From: Candidatus Methanophagales archaeon
GTDB lineage: Archaea; Halobacteriota; Syntropharchaeia; Alkanophagales; Methanospirareceae
Direction of reading: 5' to 3'
DNA: 59,395 nucleotides
NCBI GenBank assembly: GCA_014859735.1
Contig: JACUTR010000001.1
Span: forward strand, 1 to 59,395
Shown here: one piece after another, positions 34,375 through 44,008 of the stretch
How the letters are laid out: every line of letters starts with the position of its first letter
Position numbering within the stretch: position 1 is the stretch's first letter
The notes under the pieces: model-generated
Databases searched by the model: none
What the model was told of the DNA's origin: nothing
The model's input: only the letters and a program-made list of their open reading frames with translations
Program-made: the position numbers and the translations under genes

Positions 34375-35097
34375 TTATGGCAAGAAGCGTGCATGAAACG
34401 CTTCTACGATCTCCTTTCCTTCCATAAATACCACGTCATGTTCCGAAGCGAACGCCTTTGCCTTAGCCTTGGAAAGAGCACCTCCAGATTCGGCGTCTAA
34501 CATCTCGCATATGACCATTGCAGGGGCTATCTCTGCAAGCACCGCTAATGCCACGGAGAGCTCGGTCTGCCCTCTCCTTTCATCGAGCAGCCTATCCGCA
34601 GCTCTTAATAGTGAGACATGCCCGGGTGTTCGGAATTCGGTATAAAAATCGTAAGAATTGTCATTACCGTTTAATACTCGCTCTACTGCTTCTCCTATCT
34701 TCGTTATCGTCAGTGCCCTGTCTCTATCCGTTATGCCGGTGAATGTAGCACGATGATTCACCCAAAGGGAGAAAGAAGAACGTTTATCGTATGAAAGATC
34801 GCCCTTTTCTTCCACTAATCTTCTCAGCGAGGAGTAGGTGTCGTTCACGTTTCTCAAGATGTCACTCATGAGTGGAAGCCCAAGCTTCTCGGCGGCAACG
34901 GGATGAATAGCAATGCAGATAAGTCCGCCCGCCTCATTTCTAAAATAAGCGACCTTTCGTGGTGTCACAGAAGAAGCCGGTAGTACAAAGTCGGTCTCAC
35001 CTTCTCTATCCTCTGCATCGTAGATTAATACAAGTTCTCCCTTTCTTATCGATTCTATGCCATTTTCTACCGACCTGGGAATGTTACTAGTGTTCAT
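34375..35097 (-). CDS. ribB: 3,4-dihydroxy-2-butanone 4-phosphate synthase
   Basis: DREGETD, GGLIC, TGITDRDRA, PGHV, RRGQTE and ICEM. Confidence 0.95.
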   Translation of the reverse strand: MNTSNIPRSVENGIESIRKGELVLIYDAEDREGETDFVLPASSVTPRKVAYFRNEAGGLICIAIHPVAAEKLGLPLMSDILRNVNDTYSSLRRLVEEKGDLSYDKRSSFSLWVNHRATFTGITDRDRALTITKIGEAVERVLNGNDNSYDFYTEFRTPGHVSLLRAADRLLDERRGQTELSVALAVLAEIAPAMVICEMLDAESGGALSKAKAKAFASEHDVVFMEGKEIVEAFHARFLP

Positions 35098-35103
35098 AGT
35101 TAT

Positions 35104-35817
35104 TCATATCACCACCCTGGTTCTTACCTCATCTCCGTCCTTAAGCTGAAGTTCATGTCTGAGATAAACCGGCGAAATTATCTCCAGAACATCATCTGGA
35201 TAATGGGTGCGGTCAGGAATGATAACCGCGCTTTTAATTCCTCCCGCTTCGTTGTCTATTAGCTTACAGAGGAAGCACTTGCCGCCGCCAAAGGTTCTCT
35301 TTTCTGACTCAAAACCTTCTATTTCTATCCCCTTTCGCGCATCCAGCTTCTTCCGTGCTGCTATACTTTGTGCTTCCAGGCTGAGATTTAACGTGCCGGG
35401 AAAAGGGGTAAAGCCTAATTTAGCCTCGAATTGCCTTTTATACCCCTCCAGTGTTGTATAATATTTTCCTTCTCCCAGACCGGTGATCAAGCGTCCAGCG
35501 ATTTCAACCTCGATATTCGTTCGGGAGAAAAATATCTCCTGGTATTCATAACATTCTTTCTTTAATTGCTCTATTCCCTTGTTGGTGAGCATTATCCACT
35601 GTCCATCCGCTATGATTCTTCTATGCACGAGACCTTCTCGTTCAAGCTCTTGAAGGCGCCTCGCAGCGGTTTGTACGCTTGATTTAATAGCCTCTGCGAA
35701 ATGACCGGAAGACAACTTAATAGGTTGTGCTATCGCACCTAACAAGGCGAGCTTCCGTAACGAAACCATGATGTCCCCCCTCATCTTTCCGCCATTCATA
35801 TCAATTTTGAGACGCAT
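35104..35817 (-). CDS. ribK: CTP-dependent riboflavin kinase with N-terminal wHTH
   Basis: SVQTAARRL, GLGEGKYY, PFPGTLN and PDRTHY. Start may be downstream. Confidence 0.93.
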   Translation of the reverse strand: MRLKIDMNGGKMRGDIMVSLRKLALLGAIAQPIKLSSGHFAEAIKSSVQTAARRLQELEREGLVHRRIIADGQWIMLTNKGIEQLKKECYEYQEIFFSRTNIEVEIAGRLITGLGEGKYYTTLEGYKRQFEAKLGFTPFPGTLNLSLEAQSIAARKKLDARKGIEIEGFESEKRTFGGGKCFLCKLIDNEAGGIKSAVIIPDRTHYPDDVLEIISPVYLRHELQLKDGDEVRTRVVI

Positions 35818-35872
35818 CTCATAAATAGGAGGGTGGTAGGTATATAAATAGGTTAGTGGTTGACATCTATAC

Positions 35873-36655
35873 CTAGGCAGAGCTTCTTTTTAAACTCATA
35901 CCCGCAAGCAATCCGAAAAATAGCCCTGATAAATGCGCTGTGTGGGCAATCATGTCGCCAGAGCCGATCATAACGAAATCGTAGATGGCAAAGAGGACAA
36001 GTACCATCCATATCTCCATCGGTATTAAAAAGAAGAAGTATACCCTCATCCGTGGCATCAGCACCGCAAGGGTCGCGAATATCCCTGATAATGCCCCACT
36101 TGCGCCCACGGCGGGGTTAACGGAGGTTAAACTCCAGCCAGTTCCGGCAAAAATACCCGCGAGGAAAAAGATGAGCAGAAATTTCGAACTCCCTATCTTC
36201 CTCTCCAGTACCGGACCGAAGAAGATGAAGAAGAGCATATTAAAGAAGAGGTGTTCGAAGCTTCCGTGGAGGAAGATATGGGTTATTAACGTCCATGGTC
36301 TTTCCGATACAAGTGCTGGAATCAGCACCAATTGTTGCGTATAGCCCGGGATGAGTAATTGCAGAACAAAGGAGATGGAAATGAGAAATAAAAGCAAGAA
36401 CGAATAGTTACCAGAGAAGATGCTCAATGGATTTTTTGTATGAATACTCTTTTTCACACTCCATCCCCGGTGTTCTGGTCTGAGGTCCTGGGGAATAGAA
36501 GAGGTACCTCGGGCTTCACGGTCTCGATTGTATTCTTCAAGTCCGACGCACCAGTGCATTTCAGGCGGGAGATGTGCCTTGCAAAGGGTATCACCACAGT
36601 ACGCACATCTATACAATGCCTGTTTATTGCAGACGGTGCACCTGCGCGGTGTCAT
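35873..36655 (-). CDS. Rhomboid intramembrane protease with N-terminal AN1-like zinc finger
   Basis: CAYC..CKAH..PEMHWC; HLFFNM, GASG (Ser) and AHLSG (His). Confidence 0.93.
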   Translation of the reverse strand: MTPRRCTVCNKQALYRCAYCGDTLCKAHLPPEMHWCVGLEEYNRDREARGTSSIPQDLRPEHRGWSVKKSIHTKNPLSIFSGNYSFLLLFLISISFVLQLLIPGYTQQLVLIPALVSERPWTLITHIFLHGSFEHLFFNMLFFIFFGPVLERKIGSSKFLLIFFLAGIFAGTGWSLTSVNPAVGASGALSGIFATLAVLMPRMRVYFFFLIPMEIWMVLVLFAIYDFVMIGSGDMIAHTAHLSGLFFGLLAGMSLKRSSA

Positions 36656-36713
36656 ATGTGTGAAAAGAAAGGTCAGACATTTAAAAGTTGCAGGAAAAGA
36701 AAAGGCGGTGAGT

Positions 36714-37613
36714 TCAGAACAAAGTAAACGCTGTGGCTAATATTACCACGGGTATCCACTCGCCGTCAACGAGCACATCTAAAGATTCCCCTATCTTTTC
36801 CAGCTTACAGAACTGTAAGATGTACCAGTATCCATATCCAATGGCGAAGATTAAAACGACGAGATAGTGGTGGAAAAAGCCTGAGTGATAAGAGAATGCA
36901 AGCCAGGGTATGAGCGTTGAGTTTAAGATGAGAAGCAGATTTTTTGTTTTTTGCCTCCCCCAAACTACCGGTATTGTTCTTACACCGCTTGTTCTATCCC
37001 CTTCGATGTCTCGCACATCGAATAAGATGGTATTGATGAGACTTTTTAAGAAGAAGAAGTAAAATATGGTGATGATTAATACAATATCTTTTTCCACGAG
37101 GCAAAATACCGGAAGAAGTGCCATGGTTACTGCCCAGGTTAGAGCTATAGTCATATTCTTCACGCCGAGCATATCCTTTAATCGAGGGAGATTTTTGGAG
37201 AATTTCACACTGTATAAAGTACCAGAAAATAAGGGAAGCAGAAGAATAGGCAGTGTCAGAAGATTCACTAAAAACCCCAGAAGCAACGAAAGTATGAACG
37301 CGAAAAGTACTGATAATTTGAAAACAGGCGCTATTTTCTTAATAAGTCTCGCTCTTTCAGGCGCATTTATTATATCCTCTTTTAGATCGGTTAATTTATT
37401 TAATCCGTATACGCCATAAGTAGCTAAAAAAATTGCGAGAATGATAGTTAAGGTAAATGTATTGAATAATAAACAGGAGAAGAGCAGTTTTAGAGCGCCA
37501 TTGATCGCCAAAAAAAGGGATGTTGCTATTAGAAATGAGAGAAACTTATTACCTAGTTGAAAAAACTTCACCTCTGTACTTGTTGTATGAAGCCTCTTTA
37601 CAGAGAATTTCAT
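36714..37613 (-). CDS. UbiA-family prenyltransferase
   Basis: NKLTDLKEDIINAPER and FDVRDIEGD Asp-rich motifs; multiple TM segments. Confidence 0.88.
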   Translation of the reverse strand: MKFSVKRLHTTSTEVKFFQLGNKFLSFLIATSLFLAINGALKLLFSCLLFNTFTLTIILAIFLATYGVYGLNKLTDLKEDIINAPERARLIKKIAPVFKLSVLFAFILSLLLGFLVNLLTLPILLLPLFSGTLYSVKFSKNLPRLKDMLGVKNMTIALTWAVTMALLPVFCLVEKDIVLIITIFYFFFLKSLINTILFDVRDIEGDRTSGVRTIPVVWGRQKTKNLLLILNSTLIPWLAFSYHSGFFHHYLVVLIFAIGYGYWYILQFCKLEKIGESLDVLVDGEWIPVVILATAFTLF

Positions 37614-38419
37614 ACCTCATATTTCTTTGCTTTTTCCCGGTAGTATTCAAAGAGTTCAATGCCCCAACGAATAGCTCTCTCTTCAGTGCTGATTAAATCA
37701 AGTGTGGTGTCATATATCCCATCAGGTTTAAATAAGCCAAAAGAGAGAAAGGTATCGGTGACCGTAAAAGCCACTTTTACCTCTTCTTCAGTTACAAAGA
37801 ACTCCAGATGATGATTTAAGATTAAACTTTTAATCGTTTCTGAACCAACGGTATCGATTACCTTCTTCAACACGTTTTCAGTTAATACAAGCTGTGTAAG
37901 GGCACGCTTAGCCAAATCTTCGAATACCTCTGGATAGTCAGGCGAGAATATAGGGGAACCCCCTTTTATCCACCTCGCAGTCGTGAGGAGCTCCATGTAA
38001 GTCCTATGTGCCTTGATTATATCTAATGCATCTATATTTACTATATTTGAGTTACTCAGCCACCCAATCTTCCCAAGCAGATGCTCCGGAATTCCGCTGA
38101 GGTCATGGGTAAGCCAAAACTCCTTATGATTTTTCAACACCGTTATCGCGTCTATGAAATCGGTTAATTTTAATGCGATAAGCTCACCGATTTTTGTCAG
38201 CGCATAATTTCTATTCTCATCTTGAAAAACGCAGGTATCCTTTTCAAGGTCTCTTAAAGCATGTATAGCTGTTGTAGAGCTTACTCCCAGCGTATCTCGT
38301 ATCGCGCTGAGCGGTTTCTTACCTTTCTCCAAATAAATAAGGATATCCCTCCGCAGAGCAGAGCACGTGGCGAGGCGAAGGGTATCTTGAGTATTTTTTC
38401 TCTTACTTGCCGTCACCAT
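37610..38419 (-). CDS. Winged-helix transcriptional regulator (DUF1724-type)
   Basis: N-terminal HTH, FWLTHDLSGIP, AFTVTD..LSFGLF and WGIELFEYY. Confidence 0.85.
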   Translation of the reverse strand: MVTASKRKNTQDTLRLATCSALRRDILIYLEKGKKPLSAIRDTLGVSSTTAIHALRDLEKDTCVFQDENRNYALTKIGELIALKLTDFIDAITVLKNHKEFWLTHDLSGIPEHLLGKIGWLSNSNIVNIDALDIIKAHRTYMELLTTARWIKGGSPIFSPDYPEVFEDLAKRALTQLVLTENVLKKVIDTVGSETIKSLILNHHLEFFVTEEEVKVAFTVTDTFLSFGLFKPDGIYDTTLDLISTEERAIRWGIELFEYYREKAKKYEV

Positions 38420-38622
38420 TGCATCGTTTCCCTTCTGTTCATTACCTCCCTAGATACTATTTTTTAATTTTTCGATTATATAGTTAAAGAAAGATAATAT
38501 TGCTCAAATTTAGCAACATGGGGCGCATAACAAGTTGTAGTAGACGATGGGGTTGCATGCGATTGGAGAAATGCCTGATCTCTACGGGATATAAGGTCGT
38601 GGGGCATCTTTGGGGGAAAGCG

Positions 38623-39948
38623 TTACGCAATAACTTCTCCCATCAAATACGTGCTCTTTGCCTCCCGTATCCGCACCGTATACGTGGCACCGAGTGGCAA
38701 ATCATTATAAACGGGGCTCCGCCCCGTTGACCCCGAAATCGCGGGCTCTGCCCGCGTTCCCGCGAGCCTGAAAGGCTCAGTAAGGGTTTTTAGTACGATC
38801 ATCCGATACGCCGGGTCCCTTCCTATTACGCCTCCTTTCTTCCCCTTCTCCGTTATTAAAACAGGGAGTTCCTTTCCTTCCAACTCGTTATTCTTCTCGA
38901 GAACAATCGTGCGATAAAGCGAAGAGAAGATTCTCGACCTCCTTTTCTTCTCCCGCTCCAGCAAGTCCTTTAAATTCGATGCTTCCGTCCCCGGTCGTGG
39001 AGAAAACCTCGTTATATTCACTTTTTCCGGTTTTACTTCATCCAACAGGTTCAAAGAGGAGAAGAAATCCTCTTCCGTCTCGGTTGGAAATCCAATGATG
39101 AAATCCGTGCAGAGTGTGCTGTATTCGAATCGCTTTCGTATGCTTTTTACTAGCTCAACGAAATCATCAGCTTTATAATCCCTTCTCATATCTCTCAGCA
39201 CCTTATCAGAGCCAGATTGCACGGGCACGTGAAAGAATTTGAAGATCTTCTTGGAGTCGAATGCCTCAAGGAGTTCATCTAAGATCCGAATCACGGTAAA
39301 TGGGTTCATCATGCCCACTCGTATTCTAAAATCACCCTCCAGAGAGGTCACCATGTCTAACAACTCGGGGAGCTTTAAGGTACCTAACTTCTCCCAGCCA
39401 TAGGCACTACAGTCCTGTGCAGTAATTCTTATTTCCTTCGCACCTCGTTCCACCACACTTTTAACCGCTTCGCATATCTTTTCGGGCTTGTAGCTTCTCA
39501 TATCGCCCTTCGCTTGTCTCACGATGCAATACGAACATTCCCCTACGCAGCCTACTGCTATCGGAATGATACCAACCACACCGTCAACATCAAGCCCTTG
39601 ATCCTCACTATACCTATCACCGATATCTCGTGGTGTTAGCAGTGTCACATCTTCGCCTAAAATACTCTTCACCAATCCAGGCTGTGCTGCCGCCATACAA
39701 CCTGCTACAACCACCTCTTTACTCTCGTCCTTCAACTCCTTCAGCCTCTTTATCACATTTAATTCCGTCCTTTTCGTTACCGTGCACGTATTCACGATAA
39801 CAACATCGGCTTTACTTTCCTCTACGAGCTCGTGCCCATTATTCCTTAGGATAGCGCGCATCTTCATCGTGTCACCCACATTGGCAGTGCAGCCGAACGT
39901 TTCGAAGTAAAATTTTTTGGGCTTTATGTATGTGTTTACTAAAGGCAT
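38623..39948 (-). CDS. MtaB/MiaB-like tRNA methylthiotransferase (radical SAM + TRAM) with a 27-aa repeat-derived insert
   Basis: TFGCTAN, NTCTV, GCM, CVGECSYC, PVQSGS, GFPTE and FSPRPGT. Confidence 0.93.
   Translation of the reverse strand: MPLVNTYIKPKKFYFETFGCTANVGDTMKMRAILRNNGHELVEESKADVVIVNTCTVTKRTELNVIKRLKELKDESKEVVVAGCMAAAQPGLVKSILGEDVTLLTPRDIGDRYSEDQGLDVDGVVGIIPIAVGCVGECSYCIVRQAKGDMRSYKPEKICEAVKSVVERGAKEIRITAQDCSAYGWEKLGTLKLPELLDMVTSLEGDFRIRVGMMNPFTVIRILDELLEAFDSKKIFKFFHVPVQSGSDKVLRDMRRDYKADDFVELVKSIRKRFEYSTLCTDFIIGFPTETEEDFFSSLNLLDEVKPEKVNITRFSPRPGTEASNLKDLLEREKKRRSRIFSSLYRTIVLEKNNELEGKELPVLITEKGKKGGVIGRDPAYRMIVLKTLTEPFRLAGTRAEPAISGSTGRSPVYNDLPLGATYTVRIREAKSTYLMGEVIA
38710..38789. 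repeat. GC-rich palindromic repeat, copy C (in-frame inside the CDS)
   Basis: Reverse complement of 43906-43985 at 79/80 positions. Confidence 0.97.
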
Positions 39949-39953
39949 CTCTC

Positions 39954-39993
39954 TTTCCTTTCCTTTCCTTTCCTTTCCTTTCCTTTCCTTTCC
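39954..39993. repeat. Microsatellite (TTTCC)8
   Basis: Eight perfect pentamers ending 5 bp upstream of the minus-strand start at 39948. Confidence 0.95.
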
Positions 39994-40071
39994 TTTTACA
40001 TTTACAAAGAGAAATAAATTTAAGAGAAGTTAGATAAATTCTCTTTGAAAGAGGGGGATGAGATAAAAAGA

Positions 40072-41178
40072 ATGAACCAAACGTCGAAGAGAAAGATAGA
40101 GCAACTCCGGATTTGTGCGGAAAAGGAAGTGGAAGTGAGAGAGAATTGCTTTACCGACGTTAAGCTTGTCCATGTTGCGTTACCTGAAGTGGATAAAGAG
40201 GAGATAGATTTGAAGACGGAGTTTTTAGGCTTTTCCTTTAACTATCCCATAATTATAGCCTCGATGACGGGCGGTCATCCGGAGACCAAGAGAATAAATG
40301 AAGTTCTTGCGGAAGCTGCTGCAGCTCTTGGCGTGGGTATGGGCGTGGGCTCTCAGAGAGCGGCACTGGAAGGCGAGGAGCACGAGGACTCGTTCCGCGT
40401 GGTTCGTGATGTTGCGCCTGATTCGTTTATTTACGCGAACTTAGGTGCTCCCCAGGTGAAGGAGTATGGGATAGAAGGAGTTGAACGGGTTATAGAGATG
40501 ATCGATGCAGATGCACTTGCAATACACCTCAACTTTTTACAGGAAGCTGTTCAGCCCGAAGGTAACATAGATGCAAGGGGTTGCCTTACCGCGATAAAAG
40601 AGGTATGCAAGGCGATAAAAAAGCCGGTCATTGTAAAGGAGACAGGGGCCGGGATAAGTTACGCGGTGGCGAAGAGGTTACACGATGCAGGAGTATCAGC
40701 AATAGATGTCGGGGGCCTGGGAGGAACAAGTTTAGCCGCAGCGGAGATATACCGGGCGAAAGCGGAAGGAGATGAACTGAGTGAACATTTAGGGACCCTT
40801 TTTGGATGGGACTGGGGCATCACCACGGTTGAGAGCATAGTGGAGTGCAGTGCAATTCCTTTTCCCATTCCGGTAATCGCCACTGGTGGAATACGAAATG
40901 GGATTGATGTTGCAAAAAGCATGGCTTTAGGTGCTGATCTCTGTAGTGCAGCGTTACCATTCCTTAAACTCGTGATGGAAAGTGTACGTGCGGATAACGT
41001 GATAAAAAGGATACAAGAAATGGGAGAGGAACTAACGGTTGCCATGTTCCTAACAGGCTGTAAGACCACGATGGACCTGAAGGAAGCAGAGGTGGTAATA
41101 ACCGGTAAGGCCCGGGAGATAATGGAACAGCGAGGCTTTTTCGATCGGGTGAAGAGGAGAAAGAGACTGGCATCGTAG
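40072..41178 (+). CDS. fni: Type 2 isopentenyl-diphosphate delta-isomerase
   Basis: MTGG, GVGSQRAAL, HLNFLQE..QPEG, VKETGAG and GGTS. Confidence 0.95.
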   Translation: MNQTSKRKIEQLRICAEKEVEVRENCFTDVKLVHVALPEVDKEEIDLKTEFLGFSFNYPIIIASMTGGHPETKRINEVLAEAAAALGVGMGVGSQRAALEGEEHEDSFRVVRDVAPDSFIYANLGAPQVKEYGIEGVERVIEMIDADALAIHLNFLQEAVQPEGNIDARGCLTAIKEVCKAIKKPVIVKETGAGISYAVAKRLHDAGVSAIDVGGLGGTSLAAAEIYRAKAEGDELSEHLGTLFGWDWGITTVESIVECSAIPFPIPVIATGGIRNGIDVAKSMALGADLCSAALPFLKLVMESVRADNVIKRIQEMGEELTVAMFLTGCKTTMDLKEAEVVITGKAREIMEQRGFFDRVKRRKRLAS

Positions 41179-41258
41179 CGGTGATAGTGTTATATTATAG
41201 TCTCACATAGTCTCTGTATTTACTTTCTTCCTGTTATTTCCACGCCTTTGAAACCAAG

Positions 41259-43796
41259 TTACGTGCTCTTTTGAATCACATCTACTGCTACCACACGCTC
41301 GCCATCATTTACATGCATCAGCCTCACACCCTGCGTATTTCTCCCTTTCATGGGAATACTTCGGGCAGAAATTCGTGTCACCATCCCGTTAGAAGTGGTA
41401 ACCATCAACTCATCGTCATTCTTTACTTGCTTTATACATACCACGTTCCCATTTCTTTCCATAACTCTCATACTAATCACACCTTTACCACCCCGATGTG
41501 TTTCTCGGTACGCATTCAACCTCGTTCTTTTACCATACCCTTTCTCGGTTATCGTAACGACCTTTGAAGAACTCAAACTCAAATTAACGGCATCAATACT
41601 CGCTATCTCATCGTCCCTTTCCAACCTCATCCCCCTTACTCCTGATGCATATCTGCCCATCTCCCGCAGTTCCTCTTCCTGGAACAAGATTGCCTTTCCA
41701 TTCTTAGAGCTTATGATTATACCATTCCGCTCTCCACCCAGGTGGGCGTGTACGGGCTCAATCAACGCCACATCAGCTAACGAATCGCCCTTGATACGAT
41801 CAATCCTAACGGCAACGATCCCCGTGGCGCGTATAGACCTCAGCTTAACAAGTGAGCTCCTTTTTACCACGCCTCGTTTGGTAGCGAAGACGATAAATGA
41901 ATCCTCGGTTTTAGTTTCTATACCCTTATCTACCTCCTCAGGTATAGCGATAGCGGCTACGAATTTTTCCCTTTCTTCGGTCTCCGTTTGGCTTATGCTC
42001 AGTCCTGGGATGTTCAACAGGGGTTTCCCTTTTGTATGTCGGCTACTTGAAGGGATTTCGTAGGTCTTCACCTGGTATGCCCTGCCAGAATCGGTGAAGA
42101 GGATCAGACGTTCCCGTGTGGACGCGCGTATGAAATTGACGATCGCATCATCTTCTCTCTTCTCTATCACGGCAATTCCTTTTCCTCCCCGTCTTTGCTG
42201 CTTAAAAATGTTCGCCGGTAATCGCTTCACATAGTCACGCTGCGTAAAAAAGAGGATGACTTCTTCCTCCTCTATAAAATCGCGCTCGCTTAAAATCACC
42301 TCTTCCTCTATTTCGGTCCTTCTCGCATCGCCGTACTTATCCTTCAGCTCGATCAGTTCTTCTTTTATGATGCCACGTATTCGGGCTTCACTTGCCAGCA
42401 CCTCTTTTAACCACGTTATCTTCGTCTCCAGCTCTGATCGCTCAGTTTCTATTTTGTCACGCTCTAAAGCACTCAATCGCGAGAGCCGCATCTCCAGTAT
42501 CTCTTTCGCCTGCTCCTCGCTCAGCTCAAATTTCTCAATCAGAGCGGATTTTGCCGTTTTGCTATCGCTTGAAGCTTTTATAAGCCTTATCACCTCGTCT
42601 ATATGCGCTATTGCAATGATTAAGCCCTCTACTATGTGCTTTCGCTTCTCAGCACGATCTAATTCATATTGCAGCCTTCTGATCGTTACTTCTCTCCTGT
42701 GCGTGATGTAACATTCGATCAACTCTTTGAGCGTTAATATCCGTGGTTCGCCATCCACCAGGGCGAGATTGATTACACCAAACGTGGTTTCCAATTGCGT
42801 GTGTTTATAAAGCTTGTTTAAAACAATCGAGGAATTAACTCCGGTTTTCAGTTCTATTACAATCCTCAATCCTTTGCGATCTGATTCATCTCTTAATCCC
42901 GTAATGCTGTCCACCTTGTATCTCCTGACGAACTCAGCTATCTCCTCTACCAGTTTGCTTTTGTTTACCTGGTATGGTATCTCGTTGACGATTATTCGCT
43001 CCCTCTTTGCCGTTCTTTCTATCTCCACCGTTGCTCTTAGCTTTAAGCTGCCCCTACCAGTTTCATACGCCTGTTTTATGCCGTCGTAGCCAGAAATGAT
43101 TGCGCCTGTGGGGAAATCAGGAGCTCTTATTATCAGCATCAGCTCTCCAATACTCACGTTTGGCTCGTCTATCACTCTTATTATGCCATCCACCACTTCG
43201 GCTAAATTATGGGGGGGCATGTTAGTAGCCATACCAACAGCGATACCGGAAGAGCCGTTTATCAAGAGGTTAGGGAGCTTTGCGGGTAAAATCAGTGGCT
43301 CTTTGAGCGTGTTATCAAAGTTAGGACTCCATGCGACGGTATCTTTATCGAGATCAACCAGCAGTTCCTCGGCTATCTTTGATAGCCGCACTTCGGTGTA
43401 TCGCATTGCAGCAGCAGCATCTCCGTCTATACTCCCGAAATTGCCCTGACCATCTATCAACGGGTACCGGTGAGCAAAATCCTGCGCCATTCTCACCATG
43501 GTATCGTAAACGGCAACGTCACCGTGGGGATGGTATTTCCCGAGAACATCTCCTACTATCCGCGCTGATTTCTTATGCGGTTTGTCATGGGGGACGCCGA
43601 GTTCATGCATTCCGTATAATATACGACGATGCACCGGTTTTAGCCCATCACGAGCGTCAGGAAGAGCTCTCCCCACAATTACGCTCATTGCGTAGTCTAT
43701 GTACGAGCTCTTCATCTCGTCTTCAACGCTGACTTCTATCACACGCTCACGGTCATCGTCTCGCATCTCGTTTCTCTCATGCTCGTTTTCGTTCAT
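41259..43796 (-). CDS. gyrA: DNA gyrase subunit A
   Basis: [22 protein letters not shown] (catalytic Tyr), GyrA-box QRRGGKG and beta-pinwheel repeats. Confidence 0.97.
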   Translation of the reverse strand: MNENEHERNEMRDDDRERVIEVSVEDEMKSSYIDYAMSVIVGRALPDARDGLKPVHRRILYGMHELGVPHDKPHKKSARIVGDVLGKYHPHGDVAVYDTMVRMAQDFAHRYPLIDGQGNFGSIDGDAAAAMRYTEVRLSKIAEELLVDLDKDTVAWSPNFDNTLKEPLILPAKLPNLLINGSSGIAVGMATNMPPHNLAEVVDGIIRVIDEPNVSIGELMLIIRAPDFPTGAIISGYDGIKQAYETGRGSLKLRATVEIERTAKRERIIVNEIPYQVNKSKLVEEIAEFVRRYKVDSITGLRDESDRKGLRIVIELKTGVNSSIVLNKLYKHTQLETTFGVINLALVDGEPRILTLKELIECYITHRREVTIRRLQYELDRAEKRKHIVEGLIIAIAHIDEVIRLIKASSDSKTAKSALIEKFELSEEQAKEILEMRLSRLSALERDKIETERSELETKITWLKEVLASEARIRGIIKEELIELKDKYGDARRTEIEEEVILSERDFIEEEEVILFFTQRDYVKRLPANIFKQQRRGGKGIAVIEKREDDAIVNFIRASTRERLILFTDSGRAYQVKTYEIPSSSRHTKGKPLLNIPGLSISQTETEEREKFVAAIAIPEEVDKGIETKTEDSFIVFATKRGVVKRSSLVKLRSIRATGIVAVRIDRIKGDSLADVALIEPVHAHLGGERNGIIISSKNGKAILFQEEELREMGRYASGVRGMRLERDDEIASIDAVNLSLSSSKVVTITEKGYGKRTRLNAYRETHRGGKGVISMRVMERNGNVVCIKQVKNDDELMVTTSNGMVTRISARSIPMKGRNTQGVRLMHVNDGERVVAVDVIQKST

Positions 43797-43905
43797 AGCT
43801 ATAGTTAGAATTATGGATTCGAAGGTAATAAAGGATGAGAGCGTCTCAAAACCCGCAGCCGGTAAACTTTTATAAGGGATAAAGGAGATACTAATTACTA
43901 AATAT

Positions 43906-43985
43906 AAACCCTTACTGAGCCTTTCAGGCTCGCGGGAACGCGGGCAGAGCCCGCGATTTCGGGGTCAACGGGGCGAAGCCCCGTT
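43906..43985. repeat. GC-rich palindromic repeat, copy D (upstream of dnaK)
   Basis: 79/80 identical to the reverse complement of 38710-38789. Confidence 0.97.
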
Positions 43986-44008
43986 AGAAAGGATTTGGAG
44001 GCTAAAAA

